A stretch of 63,694 nt of DNA, the filler included, from Porpidia crustulata (Eukaryota): the NCBI GenBank assembly GCA_964255105.1. It is 7 parts of 7 records of this genome, joined end to end, with 100 filler letters (N's around TTAATTAATTAA, not from the genome) between each part and the next. Parts side by side here need not be neighbours in the genome. Positions count along the whole stretch, not along the records: positions 36,469 to 45,478 come from CAXUWE010001011.1; positions 45,579 to 54,586 come from CAXUWE010001012.1; 5 more parts are not named here. One strand, written 5' to 3'. A model generated the notes under the pieces. It saw nothing but the letters and a program-made list of their open reading frames with translations, ran no database searches and was not told where the DNA came from. This document shows positions 37,583 through 49,978 of the stretch, piece by piece. The position numbers and the translations under genes were made by a program. Numbering within the stretch: the stretch's first letter is position 1; each line of letters opens with the position of its first letter.

Positions 37583-40500
37583 TTAATACCCGAAGTAGCG
37601 CAGTAGCACGCTCACGATCACTACTCCTGCGACCATCGAAGCGCTGACTTGGCCGATCAGCTGGGTCAACTTCGTCGATTTGGTCTCCAGCTGGACGTCT
37701 TGAACAACAACAGGCCGGGATGCATTCACGCAAAGGCTAGGCTTTATATTCTTGTGCCGAATCTTGCCGCTAGTCTTGATCGTGTTTCTCTCTTCTTCGG
37801 TGTAGCGAAAGCCCTCGCTCTCCTGCAAAATCTTTATCATTTCCTCATTGCCAGCTTTTCTCGCAACATCAATCGCTCTGAGTCCCGTCCTATCTTGCAC
37901 TAGTACCTGTACCCCTCTTGTTAACAACACTCTTACTGCTGCAATCTGGTTGAGTTCGACGGCAGCATAGAAAATTATCTGGACATCTGTGTCCCTGGTG
38001 TTTGCTCCTGCGCCAATTAGAGCACATGCGAGAGGGAAATTGGTTTTGCTTAGGTATAGAGCGGTTTCGCCATATTGGTCTTCGAGGTCGACATTGGCGT
38101 GATGGTCGATTAGTACTTGAGTAGCTTCCAAAAACCCGTTGATGGCTGCCAGGTGCAGTGGCGTGCGGCGAATGTTATTGAAGGAGTCTGGTGACATCTC
38201 GCCCTCCTGTAACAGCATCTGTAGGATATCGAGCTTATTATGTAATACTGCTAGATGGAGAGCAGTGTCGTCGGAGTAGGGTGCTTTCTCAAGGGGGAGA
38301 TCACTCTTTCGCACTTTGATGGCTTGCGCCGCTAAGTCCGAACGACCCAGTTCCACCAGTCTCCAAACAGGCAACGCCTCAAACTTGACTGTGGAAAGAG
38401 GAGTAACCTGCTGTTCGCCCTTCCTTTCCTCTAAGAGTCTTGCAACAGATGTCCGTCGATATGCCAGTGCGAGGGCCAGAGGCGTTTCCCTCCAACAGTC
38501 TGTTACAGTTGTATCTGCACCCGAGTTGCATAGGGTTTCGACGATTTTCAAATAGCCTCTCTGGCTTGCGTTGTGTAAGGGTGTCCTTCCGTACCTGTCT
38601 TGTGAATTGAGATCAAGTCGCTTCTCTTTCAAGAGGTGAATTATCTCAGGTTTACAGTAAGCCGTAGTGCTCGCGCGGTGCAAGAGACCACGGTCATAAT
38701 TATCCCGACATTCAGCATTTACCTCCTCGTCTTCTAGCAAACACTTTACCACATCAACAGCGCCAAACTCAACCGCCCACAAGATTGCAGTATGACCCTG
38801 CTTATCTTCCATTGATGGATCAGCGTCTCCTTGACGTAACAGCTTGACGATATTGTCATTGTTTTTCTGAGCTGCCAGTGTCAGAGCCGATCGTCCATAT
38901 TTATCAACCGAGTTGATATCAGCCTCTGCTTGCTCTAATAACATTTCGACGATATCAAAGAACCCAAAAAATGCAGCAAGGCTTAAAGCCGTATTTCCGT
39001 CTACATCTTTGATGTTGACATTGAGTCTTGGGAGATCCTGTGATTCCAGTAGAACACCCACAATCTCCGACTGTCCGCCAATTGCAGCGAGCATAAGAGC
39101 TGTGCGGTTTCTTTTTAGGCTGCAGACTGCATTGATCTCGAGCTTTTTTTGGCCCACGAGAACTCCTACGACCTTTGAATGATTGTGCAGGACAGCCTCA
39201 AATAATGCGGTGGAGCCCCGTTTACTGGTGATGTTGATGGCTGCATTTTGGTTCAGTAATTCACGCACAGAGGAAACATGCCCTCGCTTGCAGGCGTACA
39301 TCAAGGGGGTTTGTCCATACGTGATATCACCATCGTCAACTTGAATGACAGCTCTTTCTCTCGCCATAGCACGAATAATTGAGGTCAACCCAAACCATGC
39401 ACAGACGTGGAGACCGGTGACACCCAGTGAGACATCCCAGCCGTCAGTTCCTCGAAAAGCTGTAGACCATGCTGCTGCTTGAACAAATGCTATGACACGA
39501 TGATTTTTGCTAAGGAATTGGACGATTCTCTTCTCCAGACAAGAATACTCCATAAGTCCGTGATTACCCCTCTCAAGCGCGACACGAGCATGATCGCCCC
39601 AATATTGCGATGCGTATGCGACAAAGGGGTAGTTCCGCGTCTTGGTTTCGAAGTCATTCTGCTTCCGGGATCCTTTGTCCTGGTCCGTGGGTATAAATTC
39701 TCCAATGTTTAGGCATGGATCTGCGACAGCATCGTAACTAAGATAAGTCAAACAGGTATCAGCCAGGTCGAGCTCTGCGGTGGGAAACCACTCCCCATAA
39801 GTCCTATATAAATATTGACCTAAGGTGAAATGACAAAAATGTACAACAGGATTTTCATCATAGTTTGACATACTGACCAACCCATTCGTGATCTTGAGGA
39901 TGAATTCTCTACCGCGACACTTGTCCTTGTCAAAGGCTTTGTCTTCTCGATCCGTGGCTAAAAGATGTTCGAGCTCTAAAAGGGTGAGATATCGACGGGT
40001 GCAGGCCATGCTGAACAGCACCCTCAATGCAAAATCTCCATGTTTTTGACCTTTTATCAGCTTCACGGTGTTCTCGTAAATTTCTTCAGGCCCTCCTGGA
40101 ACATTCTCTAAAGCAGATCTGATTTCTTGGAGGTTCGTCGCACGATCAAGCTGATTCATGTAAAGGCTTGCGAAGAGCATGTTGACGTCTGCTTTCTTGA
40201 TGACCTCAGAGGTAATACTTCTCAACAGTTCAGGGTCTTTTCTGCATTCTTTCTCGAGTCTTGTGCAGTCGCCATCAGTCGGATACCGTCTTCTATCAAG
40301 GAGTTCTTCTGTTTCATGCCCAATCCTGCCTTCAATTTTCCATTTTATATATTTTCCCAATTCCGAAGCTCTTGCCTTTATTTCTACCTGAACTTTGGCA
40401 TAGGGCTCCCTGCTCTCATGAGACTTGTCTTTGCATGATGCTCCATTTTCTTTACAGCGTTGGCACAAATCGAAATCTCCGCCATTGCAGGAAAGGCAAC

Positions 40501-41377
40501 GAAAATATATTTGGCTTATTTTCCTACATTGATCACAAAAAATATCACAAAGTCGGCCGTCGGTCTCTCTAGCCGTTATCAAGAGGCTTAGTCTTCCTGG
40601 GTGGGATTCATGGAGCTTGCGAAGCTCAAGTTCTAGCTTAGCATTAGAAGGGCATGCATCCAATGCGTCTAATACGATATAAACCCTATCGCAGTTGCGG
40701 ATCGCGGCCTCGAGGAGGCCCAGAACTTTTCGCCAATTTCTAGGGCCAAGTTTCCCGCACTGTTGATATAGGTGCTCGACCTTTGAGAAAATATTGTCGG
40801 AAGGTCTAAACCGAAGCAGCTGCTCGAGCAAACTACCAAATATGTTTTCTAGCGTGTTCATTTCCGAATCCTTATAATCAAGATATGCAAAGATCACGGG
40901 CTCGGTCTCGATCACGATCTCTGTTCGAAGATATTCTATTACGGCACAGGAAATCCTTGTCTTGCAGGTCCGTCAGATTTGGACCGGTTTAGTCTTATGC
41001 GCATTGAAATACATACCTTGCCAGATCCTACCGCGCCATAGCACCAAAGATACCAAGGTCGGCCACCAAAGACCCAAAGCTTGAACGCCGTTTCCTCCAG
41101 CAACCAGCTTCCGATATCTGGACAGCGATCATCGATATATGCGAAATGCCGTTTCCCGAAATCACAGGGAGAGAGCCAGGCTCGAATCTCGTCGAGTTCC
41201 TGTTTCCGGCTGGCGGAATCATCTTCATCTGTCAGAACCTGAGTTTTGAAGGGTTACCTTGCTCTGGCACTTACAAACTTGAACACTTCCATTGTTGTTG
41301 ATCTGGAAGAGGCTACCATTAACGGCAAAGACAGACTCCTTGGTCATTTGCGCAAGCTGCTTTTCTGTGGAGGCCAT
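37583..41377 (-). CDS. NLR-like STAND protein: short N-terminal motif, NACHT with internal ZZ zinc finger, helical/WH region, ankyrin repeats, C-terminal TM helix (~1230 aa)
   Basis: Exons 41377-41275, 41228-41017 and 40960-37583 join in frame. Walker A GAVGSGK|T is split by intron 2; Walker B VYIVLDALDAC. Typical pre-P-loop WLSP...GSWLLEETAFKLW, YASQYWGDH, and many ankyrin G-x-T-[PA]-L repeats. Confidence 0.88.
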
Positions 41378-41834
41378 ATTGATCATCGATTGAGTGGGAT
41401 ATGGTCAGGCATGCTCACGATGCTTCGAGGCAGCATGAAGCCATAGCTGTGCAGAGCTGAATTGGAAGATTCATAATTGGCTAGGGTAGGGCGGGAGCCG
41501 CTCCAATTCTAGTCATGTAGTGAGTGGCGCATGCGGTCCGGCGTCGATGGTGCCATGCTCGTTGTCTAACCATGAACAGTCCTAGCCCCGATGGATCTAG
41601 ATTTCGGGGCTGCTGCCTGCAGTCAGCCTGTGTGCCTGCGACAGGGAGTGGGCGAGCGATCAACGCACCCTAAATTAAATTGGATTCTTCCGAAGGTTCC
41701 GTCGGTAGGATTCTACATCACCAACTGGGTGCCGCGTGCGAGAAGTCAATCGGAATGTTTATTGCAGCATCGGAGTTTGGGATTTCAAGGCTGTTGATAC
41801 GCCAGGACGCACAAACGGCTCGTTCGTTCGAGAG

Positions 41835-41923
41835 CCCGTCAGCTAGGGTACCCGTCAGCTAGAGTACCCGTCAGCTAGAGTACCCGTCAGCTACCTTAGA
41901 GTACCCGTTAGCTAGAGTACCCG
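41835..41923. repeat. Minisatellite, 16-bp unit CCCGTCAGCTAGAGTA x5
   Basis: Units start at 41835, 41851, 41867, 41883 (with a 5-bp insert) and 41904. Confidence 0.9.
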
Positions 41924-42426
41924 ACCCGGCGACCAAGATTTGCACTGTCGCTAAGAGAAAAAGAGGACGGAGGGCTTACCGTTCCACGACAAAAGGCCGA
42001 TCAGTGATGGTCAAGCAAAATCCGACTACAACTGTACCATCGTTAGGACGTACCCACATGTGCGCGTTGCACTCTTCACCACTCCAAGGTAACCATTGCA
42101 AGGCTGCGACGCAATCCTAGCCGCTTCAGGTCTCTTCCGCCCTCAGCCTCACGCCCCCGAGTAAGTACCGATGGGGCGTAAGACGAGAAAAAGCAATCTT
42201 AACAATCTAAATACGGCAGTATGGTACGTACTTATTATCATTGGCGGTCCATTCACACACCAAGCTGCAGAGTCATGATTTTGATGTAGGGCTATGAGCA
42301 GTCTATATATTAATCTCTTTCATGGAAAGGGGTACTTAACATTATTGTGCCTCCTCAGACTGTCCGGAGTGCATACTTCGTCCCAGTAGGTGTCTGTCCG
42401 TCCCTTACATTAGGCACAACAGCAAG

Positions 42427-45191
42427 ATGCGCTTGTCATTTGTTTTGTGTGTTTTCTCCTCCGCAGCGTCTCAGGCAGCAGCATTACCGCAGGCTGTGGC
42501 CTCATCAACGGCGGCCAGTCCAAATCCTCAGTTGACGGCGTGTGGTGATTTTATTGAACGTGCCAACACACTGGGTGGTACCGCTGCTCTGGTCCATCTT
42601 TCGAGTATCACGGCTGACAGTGTTGTAGTCAATGTTTTTCTCGCCAAAGACGTCTACGATTGTCTTATAAGTGTACCTTTTAATCCTGCGGTTGCCACCC
42701 GTTTTATTCAATATTACAACAATTCTATTCAGTTCCACAGCACTTTAGCTTATCTCAAGAACCCACCATCGACTTATCAGCAACAAGCGACAGACTTGAT
42801 TGCAGGTCTCAATCAGATTCAAACAGACATAACTACGGGCGTTTTTCAAAACGAGTACTCTTTCGAGGCTACTTTGCAGAGTCTTGTATATTCAGCTCAT
42901 GACACGCACCTTCAATTATATGCAGGCATTCTTTCCCAGTTCTCCTTTGGAAGTCCGGTCGAATTGACATGCGTATCCACTGATGGGAAGCAGATCCCTA
43001 AGATCTACATATCTGGTACCTTCATCCCTGGTTTCTGATACTCTATGCAATTCAAAGCTAAACGGCGATAGATGATCTCCTCGAGCTCCGAGATGACAAT
43101 CCTGCTTGGCAACCATCCGCCGTTACGAAGATTAATGGCATAGATGTTGTGACATATCTTTCTCAGTTTGCAGCTGTCAATTCGTACGGAAACGTTGAGC
43201 CGCACGCTGACTGGAACCAACTGATGTACTCTCCTGCGTTGGATATACAAGGCTATCCCAGCATATTTGGCGGCTTTACGACTTTCTATCCTGGAGAGTC
43301 TCTAGATTTCACGTTCGAAAATGGCACAGCGCTGAATCAGGTACCGTGGCTCGTAAGGTATTACGACCAGGGAGATACAGGCCCGCTCACTACCGGAGGT
43401 GATTTCTATAATTTTTTCGTATTAGGTTTATACCCTGCCTCATATGTCGCACCCTCTCCCAACACGACTAGCACAGGACCTACCAGCACCGAGACTACTA
43501 GCACAGGCCTTACTGCAACCGTAACTGAGTGGCCCGATCTTGCATACCCTCGTCAACCGGATGTTGTACAGCCCAATCTTTCAGCGAGCAACGGGGGGGT
43601 CCTCACCGGTTACCTTTTTAATGATACGTTGACGGGTGTCCTCAGTATACCGAGTTTCGAAGTATTTGGTGACCCCATAAAAACATTTGGAGATACAGTC
43701 GGCGAGTTTATACAGCGCAGCAAGGCAGCCGGGATGAAGAAAATCGTGATCGACGTACAACAAAACGCTGGCGGCAATGTTCTGTTAGCAATTAGCACCT
43801 TCAAACAAGTCAGTCTTCGGTTTTTCTTTGCTACTAGAAGCTTCCAAACTGATACTTTCTAGTTTTTCCCGCCCGTAGAACCCTACGGAGCAAGCCGACT
43901 ACGTGCACACTCGATGGCAGATACCCTGGGAAACACAATAACTCAACATTATAATACTCTCACAACCGATAGTCCAGATTACTCCATATTATCTGGCAAT
44001 GAATGGGTCGCCTCAGATCGTATCAACGTAGAGACGAACCAAAACTTCTCGTCTTGGGGCGATTTCTTCGGTCCTCATCTCTATAATGGAGACTTTTTCA
44101 CAACTCCGGCAAGTAATTGAAGGCTTTTCTGGGATTTTGGCCTGCTAACGACTACGGCATAGCAACGTTACAACCTTTCAAGCGCCATCTTTGATGCAGC
44201 AGCCCTCGGGGGGATTTTGATTGATGTTGAAAATCTCAATTCCAGTACAACGTCGCCGCCATTCGATGCCACAGATATCATCATTGTACGTAATACCTTT
44301 CAGGTCCCGCAGCATTCTTGCTAACATTTACAGCTCTCTGATGGCCTTTGTTCGTCAGCGTGTGCGCTTTTCACAGAAATGATGCATCATGAGGCTGGTG
44401 TACGGACTGTTGCTGTCGGTGGCCAGCCGAGGAACGGTCCCATGCAAGCCCCAAGCGGTACTCGCGGTGCCGCCTACTACACATCAGATTCACTGGATGC
44501 CAACATGAATTATACGACCTTACTCAACTTGACTGCCAGTACCTACCTACCAGATGTCGTCAAAGGTGTATACATCTCACGTCTTAGTCTCAACCTTCGC
44601 GATCAAGTCAGGAAAGACGAAACCATACCTGTACAGTTCCTCTACGAACCAGCAGATTGCCGCATCTTCTACACTATGGAAACGGTGTACAACTACACCA
44701 AGCTGTGGAAATATGCCGCCGATGCCATCTGGACGCAGCCTGATTTGTGTGTTCCGGGTCCCGCCGGTCCTGCCAGATCGAACACCACGAATTCGTCCCC
44801 GGGATCGACGAACATCGACACCGGAATCTCGTATGGCACATCCGGCATCCACGCTCTCACCGGCGGAACCCAAGATTTCAACGCCCTACCCAGCGGCATC
44901 ATATCCGACTTCGTCGGCCAAAATGTTCGGACAGCCACTGCAAATTCGCCTTCTTACCGCGCCATTTACGCCAGTAACATCGATCATCAATTCCAATCCA
45001 AAAAGAAGATCATCAAAGATCCGTGCGCCGGCAACGGCTCGCCCGCGTGCGGGGGCGCGGTGGGTCCGAACAACCCGGCAAACAACTTACCAAGCGGACC
45101 GGGCGGGACACAAGGCTCGGGCTCGCACCTCAGGGAAACACATCTCGTACAAGGATCGCTGGGAGATTTGGTGATGGTAGGCTTGAACTGA
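42427..45191 (+). CDS. Secreted peptidase S41 family protein (fungal CPAF-like)
   Basis: Signal peptide MRLSFVLCVFSSAASQA; CLISVPFN, QFHSTLAYLKNPP, AHDTH, IVIDVQQNAGGN and catalytic LSDGLCSSACALFTEMM. About five introns. Confidence 0.85.
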
Positions 45192-45478
45192 TCGGCCCTT
45201 CGGCCTGCGAGGGGTTGTTCTCGCATAGCGATTTCTGCCGAGAGGGCATTGTTCTCGACGTCACGGTACCTTTCTTTGTACAAACATTCCTCACATACGA
45301 AATATAGTTGTTCGGAGCTGATGAAAACCAGAGAACAGAACTCATGTACCGGGTGGTTTGTTGACGTGACCAGCGGCGAAATGACAAGATTGAAGAAGGA
45401 TCCATTTCCTGACCGCGGCTCTTCGTAGCCAGAAGCAGCGGAACCGGCAACGACCTCCGAGTTGGGGGGGAAATAGAG

Positions 45479-45578
45479 NNNNNNNNNNNNNNNNNNNNNN
45501 NNNNNNNNNNNNNNNNNNNNNNTTAATTAATTAANNNNNNNNNNNNNNNNNNNNNNNNNNNNNNNNNNNNNNNNNNNN
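45479..45578. other. Artificial contig spacer
   Basis: N44-TTAATTAATTAA-N44. Confidence 0.97.
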
Positions 45579-46005
45579 GGGCTGAGGGTGAGGATGGATG
45601 GGGGCAATGGCGATGGGGGAAAGGCGGAGAGGGAGGAGGCAGAGGAGGCGGATGTGGAGAGTGGGGGTGAGGATGGAAGCGATGAGGAGTCTGAGGATGA
45701 CGATGATGACGGGGATGGATGGGGTGTTTGGAGTAGGTGACGGACAAGCTTTACTGTTCGTTATGATGACGTGGATGTGAACCTGGTTATGCACATTCTC
45801 AGGATTGATTGTCAAAACGGGGCGGCTCTATGATTTTACGACATGATAACCCTTCGGAGCCTGGTTTCGGCTTGAGCTGCCTGGACTTCCATAGAACGGG
45901 GGAGTTGTGGTCCGTTCCACTTGTACAGTAGCTTACAATGCGGAAACAAGTCTCTGATGCTCCTTGACTATCCTCATCTAGATTGTCATGTGTGAATATC
46001 AAACA

Positions 46006-47872
46006 TCAACGATCCTCCCTCCCCTGCACATCCCTTTCTTCCATATACCCTCTCAACCCCTCCTTCCCAATCCTCATTGCCCGCTGCACCTCCTCCTCTC
46101 CATCCCTCAGCATACCCTTGCTAGCCTGAAGCTGCCCCCTCTGCCTCCTCTTCTCATCCTGAACCTGCATTTGCCGCTCTCGCAACGCATTTTCTCTTTT
46201 CTCACGCTCCCGTTTCTCCTTCACGCGGGCTTCTGCTTCTTCAGGTGAGACGTCAGTGGTATCCGGGGCATGTGGAAGGCTGGCGATGTAGGTCTCGATC
46301 ATGGGATCGCGGACGGAGGAGCGGAGCGAGACGTAGCGGAGGTCTGTGAGAATGGGCGATGGGAGTGCCTCAATGTTCGTCGAACGGTTCAAGAGATGGA
46401 GGGGGGTTGATTTCAGGAGAGTGACGAGGTCAGCCTTTTGGGTTGATTCTGGGATTTTGAGACCTGTAATAGCAAGGTTAACAATTGAGCTGTAATTACA
46501 GGAGAGTCAACTTACGATTGATATAATTACGATACCACTTCTCCCGTTCTTTGTCCGCAACCTTTGCGTCACGCATTTCCGGTTCTTTCTTATATTTCCG
46601 TCGAAATTCAGGCCAGTACAACTTTGGCGTTGCCTGTTTTTGCAAGAAGGAAAGATAGGGTAGACGCAGGTCTTGCTTTTCCTGCTTTGCTTTCTGCTCT
46701 TTAAGTCTCCGAATCATCTCTCGGTTCCACTCTTCCCATACCTCCTTTCTTGATCTCATGTTTGGTAGTACAACATATCTGTCATCCTCAATGATGTGGC
46801 CTGCCTCAAGAATCTTATCCCAAGGAGTATAGGGGCTGATACGTTGGTCATCCAGCATGTCCTTGAATAGTGCACTTGATTCTTCGGCCGTGAGTGCTAG
46901 GCCTTCTGCACCTTCCTCAAGATCCTCGTCTTCTCCAATGCCATACTCGCCAGGATCGAGACCATAATCCCGACCCATAGCGGCCAATTGATACGCGATA
47001 TCGTCTTCATTAAACTCAACTGGTTGGTCGGCATCCCCCCCTTCCATTTTATGACGCTTCGAAGGATTCTCCTCACCCTCGTCATCTGTAACTTCAACCT
47101 CCTCGTATTCCTCACTATCAACTTCAGCATCGCTCGGCTTTACCACATGCATAATCCGAGCAGGAGCAGGAGCTGCTGTAGGAGTTGGACCCTCAACTGC
47201 AGTTGTTTCCTCAAACTCGGCAAGTAATTCCGCGTCATTGCCGCCATTAGAATCCACCGTCTGCTTCTTAATTTTGTTTTCTCTCTGGATCCTGTCATAT
47301 TCGATAACGCCTTTCATTACGTCCAGAGGGAATTTCCAGAAGCTTTCTCCCTGATGCGGATTGTGTAAGAAACGTCTTCCAAGCTTCGTGTACACGAGCA
47401 GCCACGGTTCGCAGCCAGGTACTGGATGTTTCGACTTCGGCCTATCACTTGGCTGAGGCCGCTGCTGGCGGTTATGTCCTCCATTGAAGTGTCCTCTTGC
47501 ACGGTAGCTACTGTGTGATCCGAATTGATGATCATTGGAGCCTGCAGGGTTGGGAAACAAAGGACCTGAGTAGCTAGTACCATTATTGCCACGCAAATCT
47601 ACCTGTTTCGATACTATAGCTTCAATAGCTCCCGGGGTTTGGTCTGTAGATTGTTGTGTCTCTCCAGGACGCGTATATGTAGACTCTCGAGTCGCAGCAT
47701 AGTAGTAGTATCTATACCCTACAAGGGAAGAAATATCAGTAATAATACTAAGGCGGTCAGCGAGATACTAAGAAACTTCACTCATTCACTCACCTGTGGG
47801 AGCCTTGTGCTCTGTCCACCCTGCTGGTAGCGGAGGGGGTGGTCTAGCCGGTTTATAAGTTGACTTGAGCAT
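46006..47872 (-). CDS. WW/FF-domain pre-mRNA splicing/transcription factor (Urn1/Dre4/TCERG1-like)
   Basis: Exon 1 MLKSTYKPARPPPPLPAGWTEHKAPTG, exon 2 YRYYYYAATRESTYTRP (WW). Second WW-like PWLLVYTKLGRRFLHNP...SFW. FF repeats FKDMLDDQRISPYTPWDK and LYWPEFRRKYK. Confidence 0.85.
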
Positions 47873-48227
47873 TTCAGATCCAGGGGCCAGAGCCCAGATA
47901 GCTCTACCGACTGGTTCAAGGTATTTTCATTGGTGAAGCAATAATATAGCATCAGGAGTGCAGTAGTTCGGCGAAATAACCGAGGATGAGGCTGAGGAGG
48001 CTCTGCAGGTGGTCGGCCCGCGTTGGTTCCATTCTCCGGTGCGCTCACTTTGGGTTTAGCGTTCGATCTGTAGCGAGAGTCCGCGTGAGGATGGAGCCTG
48101 CAGGGCGTGCAGGACTAGATGTAGATATTTAATCAACAAACTCGATACCCGCTAGAAAGTGCCTCTAGCTTCTACAAGATCATATCACGCTCCTTCATCT
48201 CTGCTCTGCTTGTAATACTTTGAGAAG

Positions 48228-49157
48228 ATGTCACGACGATATGATTCCAGGGTATGATACTATCAAGTTCCGGATTCACGAATATTTGGAGCTAACCTGA
48301 AGCTTTCAGACCACAATATTCTCGCCTGAGGGGCGTCTCTACCAAGTGGAGTATGCGCTAGAAGCTATTTCACACGCTGGGACAGCTATTGGCATATTAG
48401 CTAGCGATGGAATTGTTCTGGCTGCAGAGAGAAAGGTCACAAGTAAGCTGCTGGAACAGGACACTTCCGCTGAGAAGCTGTATATCTTAAATGAGTATGA
48501 GCTCTTCAAAACTTCTGCCCAAAGGAAAGCTCGTTGCTGACTTCCTCCTCCAGTAATATGATCTGTGCTGTAGCAGGCATGACTGCTGATGCAAATATCT
48601 TGATCAATTACGCTCGTCAGGCTGCTCAAAGATACCTCCTTACATATAATGAAGATATTCCATGCGAGCAGCTCGTGCGAAGATTGTGTGATCTCAAGCA
48701 GGGCTACACTCAACATGGTGGGTTGCGGCCGTTTGGCGTCTCATTCATCTACGCAGGCTATGATCCCCAGCGTCAATTCCAATTATACCAGAGCAATCCA
48801 AGCGGGAACTACGGAGGATGGAAAGCAACAAGTGTAGGTGCAAACAATGCCAGCGCGCAAAGTCTCTTGAAGCAAGATTACAAGGAAGAGTGCGACTTGA
48901 AAGAGGCCTGTGGGCTAGCAATGAAAGTCCTCAGTAAGACAATGGATTCTACTAAGCTGAGCAGCGAAAAAAGTATGTGGCCCTTGTCAATTATATTCTA
49001 TTTCGAACCCTAGCTAAAAGTATACAAAGTCGAATTTGCTACTGTAGGAAAAACGAAGAATGGGACTGTATATCACCATCTATGGGGAGCAGATGAGATC
49101 AATACGCTGTTACAGGAGCATGGACTAGCGAAACAAGAAGACACGGACACAGGCTAG
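48228..49157 (+). CDS. PRE9: 20S proteasome subunit alpha-3
   Basis: [67 protein letters not shown]. Three introns. Confidence 0.96.
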
Positions 49158-49978
49158 AGTTTTCTCTGGTGAGAATCAACAGGCGTCAGGGCGCTCACGC
49201 GATATTGTAATACCACATATCATAAACCTGCTGTCACTGTAGCGGCCACACTGATGATAGCTTATTTATTCTATGACGCGAGATAGTTCTGTCTGAATGG
49301 AACAATAGGGAGATCTTAAATTCGAGTCCGAAGTACGATAAGCAGGACAACAATGAGCAGTGTATGTCTCGTTAAGTCGGGTCTTTTCCTACCTTGATGT
49401 ACTCGTTGAGTAAGATAGGTGAATTAGAAATTGTTGCGTAGCGTAGAAAGCGCAGAGTGCGCAATTAGCGCAGTAGCATGGGAGAGTTTCATACCCAAGA
49501 TTACCCGGCTCGCTGAATTCTGCATCACAGGAGTGCCGACCGCCAACGCAACAACTACGTGTCTCCACTGGTGCTACTCCCGTCTTCGCTCCTACTAACG
49601 TGTGCTATACTTTGTTCAAATACTTGTTGAAGCCCACTGTCTACTATGATCCCTCTTTTTGTCAATGGGTGTTATAGAGATTGACGGTCACTTTACATTG
49701 ACTTCGGCCGGATGCCCTGGCGGCTATCGTTGTTACAAGTACCCGAAGCGTCAAGACATCAGCGAATAGCAGTACATCAGCATCTTCAGAAGTAGGACGG
49801 GTTTCATTGGAGATTCCATTGCTATGACAAAGAAATCTAGCATCCATGCACAACAGAAGTCAATTACTCCAAAACCTCCAATCATCGTATCCCAAGAGAA
49901 GCGCACTAGACTACTACACGTTCGAAACTTCTGCCTCCCTGTCATCATCATGAAGATATCAAGCAAATGTCTACCATC

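Noticed and set aside
41835..41923. CRISPR-like array
   Set aside because: 16-bp abutting units without spacers, eukaryotic context, no cas genes.
45579..45800. His/Pro-rich ORF at the contig edge
   Set aside because: Low-complexity C-rich strand open in several frames. It may be part of a truncated gene, but frame and product cannot be supported.
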